Source: Clostridia bacterium (lineage in GTDB: Bacteria; Bacillota; Clostridia; Oscillospirales; QAKW01). Taken from it: 63,486 nt of DNA. Below the pieces are notes generated by a model that was not told the DNA's origin, did no database searches, and saw only the letters and a list, made by a program, of their open reading frames with translations. Position numbers and translations under genes: made by a program. This document shows, piece after piece, positions 56,256 through 63,486 of this stretch. The stretch's first letter is position 1, and the number at the start of each line of letters is the position of its first letter. The DNA is taken from NCBI GenBank assembly GCA_017436525.1, contig JAFSCX010000006.1:1-63486 (forward strand). The letters are read 5' to 3'.

Positions 56256-57464
56256 ATGGCTTACAACAAAAAGACGGTTGACGATATCAACGTCAAAGGT
56301 AAAAAAGTGCTGGTCCGTTGCGACTTCAACGTGCCTTTGAAAAACGGTGTCATCACCGATGAGAACCGTATCAATGCGGCCCTCCCCACCATTAAGAAAT
56401 TGATTGCCGATGGCGGCAGAGTAATCCTTTGCTCCCATATGGGCAAGCCCAAGGGCGAGCCTAAGCCTGAGCTGAGCTTGGCTCCCGTAGCTGCCCGCCT
56501 TTCCGAGAAGCTGGGTCAGGAAGTGGTCTTTGCTGCTGATGATAATGTAGTCGGCGAGAATGCAAAGGCTGCTGTTGCTGCCATGAAGGATGGGGATGTT
56601 GTCCTGCTGCAGAACACCCGTTATCGCAAGGAAGAGACCAAGAACGGTGAAGAGCTCTCCGCAGAGCTTGGTTCTTTGGCTGAGATCTTTGTCAATGATG
56701 CTTTCGGTACTGCTCACCGCGCTCATTGCTCCACTGTCGGCGTAGTAAGCCATGTGAAGGAAGCAGTTGCCGGCTATCTGATTGGTAAAGAGCTGCAATA
56801 TCTGGGCAATGCAGTAGATGCGCCCGAGCGTCCTTTCGTAACCATTCTGGGCGGCGCAAAGGTTGCTGATAAGCTGACTGTGATCGAGAACCTTCTCAAG
56901 AAGGCCGATACCCTCATCATCGGCGGCGGTATGGCTTATACCTTCTTGGCCGCTAAGGGCTATTCTGTCGGAAAATCCCTGCTGGATGAGACCAAGATTG
57001 ATTACTGCAAGGATATGATGAAGCAGGCTGAGGAGAAGGGCGTGAAGATTCTTCTGCCCGTAGATTGCACCGTAGTTAAGAATTTCCCCGATCCCATCGA
57101 TGCTGAGATTGAGGTTGCTGTTGTAGATGCAGATAAGATCCCTGCCGATGTGGAAAGCTTGGATATCGGGCCCAAGACTGCCGCTCTCTATGCAGAGGCT
57201 GTAAAGTCTGCCAAGACCGTTGTATGGAATGGTCCTATGGGCGTATTTGAGAATCCCACCCTTGCAAAGGGCACCTTGGCTGTTGCGAAGGCGATGGCTG
57301 AGACCGATGCGGTTACCGTCATCGGCGGCGGCGACAGTGCGGCTGCTGTCAATACCTTGGGCTTCGGTGATCAGATGACCCATATCTCCACCGGCGGCGG
57401 CGCATCCCTCGAGTTTTTGGAAGGTAAAGAACTGCCCGGTATCGCTGCTCTGAACAATAAATAA
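56256..57464 (+). CDS. pgk: Phosphoglycerate kinase
   Basis: [41 protein letters not shown]. Confidence 0.98.
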   Translation: MAYNKKTVDDINVKGKKVLVRCDFNVPLKNGVITDENRINAALPTIKKLIADGGRVILCSHMGKPKGEPKPELSLAPVAARLSEKLGQEVVFAADDNVVGENAKAAVAAMKDGDVVLLQNTRYRKEETKNGEELSAELGSLAEIFVNDAFGTAHRAHCSTVGVVSHVKEAVAGYLIGKELQYLGNAVDAPERPFVTILGGAKVADKLTVIENLLKKADTLIIGGGMAYTFLAAKGYSVGKSLLDETKIDYCKDMMKQAEEKGVKILLPVDCTVVKNFPDPIDAEIEVAVVDADKIPADVESLDIGPKTAALYAEAVKSAKTVVWNGPMGVFENPTLAKGTLAVAKAMAETDAVTVIGGGDSAAAVNTLGFGDQMTHISTGGGASLEFLEGKELPGIAALNNK

Positions 57465-57536
57465 AAAAATAAGAACGGAACGGCGAAATGAATCTCCGTT
57501 CCGCTCTTTCATATCTAAATTAAGGAGAAAAAGAAA

Positions 57537-58289
57537 ATGAGAAAGTATGTAATTGCAGGTAACTGGAAGATGAACAATACCCCCGCCGAGGCTGCTGCTC
57601 TGATCGAGGAGATGAAGCCTTTGGTAGCAGATGCAAAGTGCGATGTTGTCCTTTGCGTTCCTTTTGTGGATATCGCCGCTTCCGTTGAGGCGGCTAAGGG
57701 CTCCAATATTAAGATTGGTGCGGAGAATGTCCATTTCAAAGCCAGCGGTGCTTATACCGGTGAGATCTCTGCCGAGATGCTGACCGCTTGCGGTGTAGAG
57801 TATGTAGTAATCGGCCATAGCGAGCGCCGCCAATATTTCGGTGAGACTGATCAGACAGTCAACCTTCGCACTCTGGCTGCTCTGAACGCAGGCCTCAAAG
57901 CCATCGTATGCGTAGGCGAGACCTTGGAGCAAAGAGAGCTTGGCTATACCGAGACCCTTTTGAAATATCAGACCAAGATGGCGCTGACCAATGTAACCGA
58001 GGAGCAGCTGAAGAATGTGATCATCGCTTATGAGCCTGTATGGGCCATCGGCACCGGCGTTACCGCTACCGACGATCAGGCAGATGAAGGCAACGGCTTT
58101 GTCCGCGCTGCAGTGGCCGAGATGTTTGGCGAGAAGGCTGCTGAGGAGATCACGGTTCAATACGGCGGTTCTATGAACGCCAAGAATGCAGAAGGCCTCT
58201 TGGCCAAGCCCAATGTTGATGGCGGCTTGATCGGCGGCGCTTCTTTGAAGGCCGAGGATTTCTCTGTAGTAGTTCATGGAGTTAAGTAA
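57537..58289 (+). CDS. tpiA: Triosephosphate isomerase
   Basis: AGNWKMN, GHSERR, AYEPVWAIGTG, YGGS, LIGGASL. Confidence 0.98.
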   Translation: MRKYVIAGNWKMNNTPAEAAALIEEMKPLVADAKCDVVLCVPFVDIAASVEAAKGSNIKIGAENVHFKASGAYTGEISAEMLTACGVEYVVIGHSERRQYFGETDQTVNLRTLAALNAGLKAIVCVGETLEQRELGYTETLLKYQTKMALTNVTEEQLKNVIIAYEPVWAIGTGVTATDDQADEGNGFVRAAVAEMFGEKAAEEITVQYGGSMNAKNAEGLLAKPNVDGGLIGGASLKAEDFSVVVHGVK

Positions 58290-58290
58290 G

Positions 58291-59826
58291 ATGAAAAAAC
58301 CTTTAGTTCTTTGTATCTTAGATGGTTTTGGTAATAACCCCTCCACCGAAGGGAATGCGATTTATACCGCCAAGACCCCTAATATCGACGCACTGCGCGA
58401 AAATTGCCCCACCACCGCCATCGGTGCCTCCGGCATGGATGTGGGCCTGCCCGACGGGCAGATGGGCAATAGCGAGGTGGGCCATACCAATATCGGCGCA
58501 GGCCGTGTGGTCTATCAGGAGCTGACCCGTATTACCAAGAGCACCTTGGATGGAGATTTTTTTGAAAATGAAGCGCTGATGAGCGCCATGACCAATGCCA
58601 AGGAAAAGGGCACTGCCCTGCATCTGATGGGCTTGATGAGCGATGGCGGTGTTCATAGCCATAATAGCCATCTTTGGGCCATCTTGGAGATGGCTAAGCG
58701 CAACGGTCTTTCCAAAGTATTTGTCCATTGCTTCTTGGATGGGCGGGATGTTCCTCCCGCAAGCGGCGCGGACTTTGTAGCCGAGTGCGTAGCAAAATGC
58801 AAGGAAATCGGAGTGGGCCAAGTGGCTACCGTCATGGGCCGCTACTATGCCATGGATCGCGATAATCGCTGGGATCGTGTGGAGAAGGCTTATGCCGCCA
58901 TGGTTTATGGGGAGGGCAATCAAAATGCCGATCCTGTGGCCGCCATTCGCGCTTCTTATGAGGTAGTGGATGAAGAGGGCAAGAATCTGACAGATGAGTT
59001 TGTATTGCCCACCGTATGCGCCGAGGGCGCAACCATCGGCGAGCATGATAGCGTGATCTTCTTCAATTTCCGCCCCGATCGGGCAAGAGAGATCACCCGC
59101 ACGCTGGTGGATCCTGATTTTGCAGGCTTTGAGCGCAAAAAGGGCTTCTTCCCCCTCACCTATATCTGCATGACCCAGTATGATGCTTCCATGCCCAATG
59201 TGCAGGTGGCATTTAAGCCCCAGTCTTTGGAGAATACCTTGGGTGAATATCTTGCTAAAAACGGCAAGACTCAGCTGAGAATTGCCGAGACGGAGAAATA
59301 TGCCCATGTAACCTTCTTCTTCAACGGCGGTGTTGAGACCGTATCGGAAGGAGAGGATCGGGAGTTGATTGCCTCCCCCAAGGTGGCAACCTATGATCTC
59401 AAGCCTTCCATGAGCGCAGTTGAGGTCTGCGATAAGGCAGTGGCCCATATCGAGAGCGGCAAATATGATGCCATCATCCTGAATTTTGCCAATTGCGATA
59501 TGGTCGGCCATACCGGCGTATTTGAGGCAGCAGTTGAGGCAGTAGAGACCGTCGATACCTGCGTTGGGCGGGTAGCAGAGGCGGTCAAGAAGATGGGCGG
59601 CGCCATGTTTATGACCGCCGATCACGGTAACGCCGATCGGATGCTGGATACCGATGGTTCTCCCTTCACCGCTCATACCACCAATCCGGTTCCCTTCATC
59701 GTCTATAATCATCCCTGCACCCTCAGAGAGGGCGGTAAGCTTTGCGATATCGCTCCCACCATGCTGGAGTGGCTGGAGCTTCCCATCCCCGCAGAGATGA
59801 CCGGCGAGAGCTTATTTAAGAAATAA
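58291..59826 (+). CDS. gpmI: 2,3-BPG-independent phosphoglycerate mutase
   Basis: GQMGNSEVGH, SDGGVHSH, NFRPDRARE, AETEKYAHVT, DMVGHTG, TADHGN. Confidence 0.97.
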   Translation: MKKPLVLCILDGFGNNPSTEGNAIYTAKTPNIDALRENCPTTAIGASGMDVGLPDGQMGNSEVGHTNIGAGRVVYQELTRITKSTLDGDFFENEALMSAMTNAKEKGTALHLMGLMSDGGVHSHNSHLWAILEMAKRNGLSKVFVHCFLDGRDVPPASGADFVAECVAKCKEIGVGQVATVMGRYYAMDRDNRWDRVEKAYAAMVYGEGNQNADPVAAIRASYEVVDEEGKNLTDEFVLPTVCAEGATIGEHDSVIFFNFRPDRAREITRTLVDPDFAGFERKKGFFPLTYICMTQYDASMPNVQVAFKPQSLENTLGEYLAKNGKTQLRIAETEKYAHVTFFFNGGVETVSEGEDRELIASPKVATYDLKPSMSAVEVCDKAVAHIESGKYDAIILNFANCDMVGHTGVFEAAVEAVETVDTCVGRVAEAVKKMGGAMFMTADHGNADRMLDTDGSPFTAHTTNPVPFIVYNHPCTLREGGKLCDIAPTMLEWLELPIPAEMTGESLFKK

Positions 59827-59980
59827 GAATATCGATAATAAGATCATGGCTCCGATAGATTCGGAGCCATGTTTTTTTATTAACCATGTTTCAATTTTTT
59901 GATTATTGCATTCTTGACATGGAAGAAGAAACTTGCAATAATAAAATTGAAAAGAAATTTTTGATATTTTCAAAAAAATG

Positions 59981-60009
59981 CGTAACAAAACTCTTCTTCG
60001 TTTCGTGTA
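59981..60009 (+). promoter_or_regulatory. Possible ECF-sigma promoter
   Basis: CGTAAC-17-CGTGTA (AAC/CGT ECF pattern); a sigmaA-like TTGACA-17-AATAAT lies upstream at 59914-59942. Confidence 0.4.
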
Positions 60010-60107
60010 TATAAATAGGAAGATATGAAAGGGGGGTGGCCGTTATGAAAAATAGATTGGTTTAGAGAATTGGTTTGAATTCAAATAGAATAAAGGAGGT
60101 TATAAAA

Positions 60108-61178
60108 ATGCATTTAAGAAAAATGAAGGTAACCGCTATGCTCTTATCTGTAATGTTGGTTCTGACAACTCCTTTTCAAACTTCTGCAGTTGCCGGAACT
60201 ATTTATGAGAGTGCCAACAACAATAATTCTTACACAAGGGCAGAATTGACCTATGATGATTACAATAATTATGGAACGATTTCGTCTGTTTCCGATAGAG
60301 ATTGGTGGAAAATCATTCCTGAAAGTAATGGCTTGGGAAATGTATGGCTCGGAAACATTCCTGGCAATTGTGATTACAATATTTATGTATATAACGATGA
60401 GTTGGTTCATGTGGGAAGATCGACCAATTCAGGAAGAACGCAGGAATTAGTACGTGTTCGTTTTTATGCAGGAAAACCGCTATATGTTTGGGTACAATCG
60501 ATAGAGCATTCATATTCTAACGATCAATATTTGTTGCGTTTTAAGAATTATCCAATAGGAAAGGTGGGTGTCTTTTCTTTCGTAACTGAAACAGTAGACA
60601 ATAATGGAAATCCTTCCATTTTGAATACTTATCGAATTCGAGAATCGGCAACAACTTTGGCGAACTACGGATTTATTTCGACCCATTATGCTAATAATTT
60701 GGCGCAGACTGTTCGAAGTGTTCTCCCTGAAAACCAAGTTGTTATCATTAGTGGGCATGGAAACAAGGGACACGTTGTTTGCGATCAAGGAACAAAATTG
60801 TGCGGGACCTATAATGCCAACTATACAGATACAGGAATTGCAATCAGTACACTTGGGTCGAATAGTATGAGCAATATGAATTTAATTGTATTTGATTCCT
60901 GTTTTTCGGGAGTAACAGGATCGATATCAGGAAATTTGGTTGACCAAGCGATTGCAAAGGGTGCAAAGACGGCGATAGGATGGAATTGTGAGATGTGGTC
61001 ACCGTATGCTGAACTATTTGTAAATCAACTCATTTACTATTTGGATGGAAAATCGGTAGAGATGGCGTTGGTTTATGCTCAGGATTGGGCATTAAATATG
61101 GGGCAAAAATATGCCTTGTTTACAAATGATAGCAATATACATGTAGGAGGTCATTCTAAATCGGTTAACCTTGCTTAA
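60108..61178 (+). CDS. Secreted protein: PPC-like beta domain + CHAT/caspase-like (clan CD) peptidase domain
   Basis: Signal peptide; GTISSVSDRDWW..DYNIYVYN PPC-like pattern; IISGHG and IVFDSCFSG dyad motifs; GAKTAIGW, GKSVEMAL. Confidence 0.65.
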   Translation: MHLRKMKVTAMLLSVMLVLTTPFQTSAVAGTIYESANNNNSYTRAELTYDDYNNYGTISSVSDRDWWKIIPESNGLGNVWLGNIPGNCDYNIYVYNDELVHVGRSTNSGRTQELVRVRFYAGKPLYVWVQSIEHSYSNDQYLLRFKNYPIGKVGVFSFVTETVDNNGNPSILNTYRIRESATTLANYGFISTHYANNLAQTVRSVLPENQVVIISGHGNKGHVVCDQGTKLCGTYNANYTDTGIAISTLGSNSMSNMNLIVFDSCFSGVTGSISGNLVDQAIAKGAKTAIGWNCEMWSPYAELFVNQLIYYLDGKSVEMALVYAQDWALNMGQKYALFTNDSNIHVGGHSKSVNLA

Positions 61179-61207
61179 ACATAATTTGTTAAAGGAGGAT
61201 ATTGAAT

Positions 61208-62113
61208 ATGAAGAAAAAGCTTATTGTAATTATTTCGATTACACTGGTAGCTGTTTTAGGAGTCGGCGTAACGGTCGGTGCTATTGCGGGAAGCAACAGA
61301 TCGGCGGTTTTGATTGAAGAAGAGGCTTTTGTTGATCAATATGTAGTTGATGAAAATGCAGAAAAAACCAAAACGCAGATATTTTATCGATCTTCCAAGG
61401 AAAAAAACAATGAGGAACCCCAAAAAGATGAAGAAATAGCTCCGATTGAAAAAGACCTTTCCTATGAAAAAACATGGAATCTAAGCGAAGATAAGACATT
61501 AGATATTTATAAAGATCCTGAAAATGAGGACGTGGAATATCGCTATACGGAATCAAAACTGACCGGCTATAGAGATGATGCCGCAATTCAAAATATGGAA
61601 GAACCTTCGGACGTTGATGTATTTATTACAAAAGATGAAGCCATTGTCATCGCTAAAAAACATTTTTTGGAAATTTATGGAGTGGATGTGGCCGAAGCGG
61701 AAATGGTGGCATCAGGGGATGTTAAAGGGAATTATCTGGTCCGATACGATGAATATTTAGGAGTAGATGGATTCATATCAGGTCCGAGCATCAGCGTTAA
61801 GCTTAGTAACAACGGATCGGTATTATTCAGTTCAAACTCATTGGGAGAGTTTGATGAGATTGGGGATATTATAGAAAAGGTTAATCAAATTAAAAAAGAA
61901 GATACAGATGCCTTTGGGTTAAAGAAAGCCCAGGGGACGCGGATGGAATATTATGATTATTATGGCTATAGACCCGATATTGTTACGTTAGAAAAGGATG
62001 AAGAGGGGAAATATTTTCTAAATGTATTTGGTGTTATTGAAATGCAAGAAAAAACCGAGAGTAAATTGATTCTACTTCTTCCGGTAACTTATCGATACGA
62101 TTTTGAATACTAA
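61208..62113 (+). CDS. Membrane-anchored acidic extracellular protein with PepSY-like motif
   Basis: AAGGAGG RBS; MKKK + TM helix; ITKDEAIVIAKK helix motif. Confidence 0.65.
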   Translation: MKKKLIVIISITLVAVLGVGVTVGAIAGSNRSAVLIEEEAFVDQYVVDENAEKTKTQIFYRSSKEKNNEEPQKDEEIAPIEKDLSYEKTWNLSEDKTLDIYKDPENEDVEYRYTESKLTGYRDDAAIQNMEEPSDVDVFITKDEAIVIAKKHFLEIYGVDVAEAEMVASGDVKGNYLVRYDEYLGVDGFISGPSISVKLSNNGSVLFSSNSLGEFDEIGDIIEKVNQIKKEDTDAFGLKKAQGTRMEYYDYYGYRPDIVTLEKDEEGKYFLNVFGVIEMQEKTESKLILLLPVTYRYDFEY

Positions 62114-62258
62114 AAAATAAAGGGGCTGTGAAATACAGCCTCTTTTACTGTTCTTAGAAACCCTGCTCATTTGCGTGGCGTTTTTTGTATATATAAAGGA
62201 AGGAAATTTCTTGTTTTTATCGCCTGAAAAAATTTCTTAAAAAATTAAGAAAAAAGTG

Positions 62259-62312
62259 TTGACAAATGAAAAAGGCTGTGTTATTATGATATCACTTTAG
62301 CAAGATAAAGTA
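62259..62312 (+). promoter_or_regulatory. sigmaA promoter with downstream inverted repeat
   Basis: TTGACA-17-(TG)TATTAT; ACTTTA-N6-TAAAGT at the predicted +1. Confidence 0.65.
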
Positions 62313-62344
62313 TTAAATTGATAAAATTTCAGGAGGAAAGAACA

Positions 62345-63139
62345 ATGAAAATGATGAAGAGAGTTTTGGCACTGGCCGCAATCCTTGTAATGCTTCTTTG
62401 CATGGCTGCATGCGGCGCAAAGGAAAGCGTAGTAGTAGGCTATACCATCTATGAGCCCATGAACTATATGGATGGCGATAAGCTGGTAGGCTTTGATACC
62501 GAGCTTGCTGAGGCAGTATTTGCTAAGCTGAAGAGCGAAGTCGTCTTCAAAGAGATCGATTGGGATCAGAAGTATACCGAGCTGAATTCCGGCGCAATCC
62601 AGTGCATCTGGAACGGCTTCACTGCCAACACCGCTGATGATGATGGCGTAGCACGTGCCGATAAGGTTGATTTCTCTTACAACTATATGGGAAATAAGCA
62701 GGTGATCGTTGCGAAGGCTGATCTTGCCAAGGCAATCGCTGATGAAAACAGCCTGGCAGGTAAGGTTGGCGCAGTAGAGAATAGCTCCGCCGGCGATACC
62801 TATTTGACCTCCGAGCTGAAGGGCGCTGTGAAGAAGGGCGTTTCCTCTCAGTTGGATGGTATGAAAGAGCTGAGCTTGGGCGCTGTTGATTTCGCAGTAG
62901 TAGATGAGCAGCTGGCAAAGGCTTATGTTGGTAAGGGCGATTATGCAGGCTTTGAGATTGCTGAGAAGGTAAGCAGCGATGCAGAGTACTATGCAATCGG
63001 CTTTAAGAAGGGCTCTGAGCTGACCGAGAAGGTCAACGGCGCTCTGGAGGAGCTGGCTGAAGACGGCACCATCGCAAAGCTTGCTGAGAAGTATGGCGTA
63101 TCCAATACTGCCATCACTGATTTCTCTGATCAGAAATAA
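62345..63139 (+). CDS. Amino-acid ABC transporter substrate-binding lipoprotein (family 3)
   Basis: Lipobox MAAC; GFDTELA, IDWD, IWNGFT, FSYNY, EYYAIGFKKG, DGTI..LAEKY. Confidence 0.9.
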   Translation: MKMMKRVLALAAILVMLLCMAACGAKESVVVGYTIYEPMNYMDGDKLVGFDTELAEAVFAKLKSEVVFKEIDWDQKYTELNSGAIQCIWNGFTANTADDDGVARADKVDFSYNYMGNKQVIVAKADLAKAIADENSLAGKVGAVENSSAGDTYLTSELKGAVKKGVSSQLDGMKELSLGAVDFAVVDEQLAKAYVGKGDYAGFEIAEKVSSDAEYYAIGFKKGSELTEKVNGALEELAEDGTIAKLAEKYGVSNTAITDFSDQK

Positions 63140-63217
63140 GAATGAAATAAAAAAGAAGACTTGCAAGGCAAAAATTTTGCCTTGCAGTTTTCTGCGTTAA
63201 TAGCGTGGCAAATTCCT

Positions 63218-63486
63218 AGGGTGAGCAATTAAACTTGAACCTGCCGCAAAGCGGCATATTTTGGCGCTTTTCACCCAATTTGTTCTCGCAAGGCGGTAGC
63301 CTTGCTTCATCCAAATTGAGCAAAAATCTCAAAAAATCTTCTCCCTTTGCGGTCAAGGATTTTGAAAAGAGTATTTTTTTGTTCAATCGAGGCATAAAAC
63401 GCAGCCAATACTGCCGTATTGGCGAGGATTTTAACAATGAGTGAGCGAAAAAATACCTTTTCAAAACGGTGTTCAAGTTTAATTGC
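63218..63486. mobile_element. MITE-like element, family B (runs to window end)
   Basis: Perfect 16-bp inverted repeat GCAATTAAACTTGAAC (63225-63240) / GTTCAAGTTTAATTGC (63471-63486); internal CCAATAC-TGCC-GTATTGG hairpin; no credible ORF. Confidence 0.75.

Noticed and set aside
56157-58346. 729-aa antisense ORF over pgk-tpiA, and similar ones at 58318-59712, 43688-44389 and 62297-63166
   Set aside because: Shadow frames opposite strongly codon-biased genes; no RBS or recognisable motifs.
63216-63476. 86-aa and 69-aa ORFs at the window end
   Set aside because: Contained within the inverted-repeat element; too short and motif-less for a transposase.

Overview
A gene-dense chromosomal segment of a spore-forming Clostridia-class Firmicute; Oscillospiraceae/Ruminococcaceae-like is an inference from gene content and repeats. 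In order: ylxM-ffh-rpsP-khpA-rimM-trmD (TrmD fused to a GNAT domain); yceD-rpmF-radical SAM-der-plsY; a complete rnfCDGEAB operon whose RnfC carries an extra ~185-aa membrane domain; an eno-ldh operon behind a consensus sigmaG-type promoter, back-to-back with spoIIIAA-AH; asp23; a PAP2 gene between two repeat copies; T-box-cysE-cysS; htrA; a spoVB-like flippase; a glpP/beta-CASP/YjjG operon; a GH78 + divergent RpiB + AraC/SGNH/phosphatase block; uxaC-uxuA-SDR-eda-kdgK; CYTH; cca; the NifU-like/GGGtGRT pair; an orphan promoter-driven RNA candidate with tandem structured units; a five-gene minimal microcompartment operon; a nitroreductase/Nim-like/MmcQ operon; secA; pgk-tpiA-gpmI; an AT-rich secreted CHAT-like protease plus PepSY-like partner; and an amino-acid-binding lipoprotein. 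Several small non-coding inverted-repeat elements (MITE-like) occur, including at both window ends. I saw no rRNA, tRNA, CRISPR array, transposase or phage genes. All calls come from motif reading; no database searches were run.
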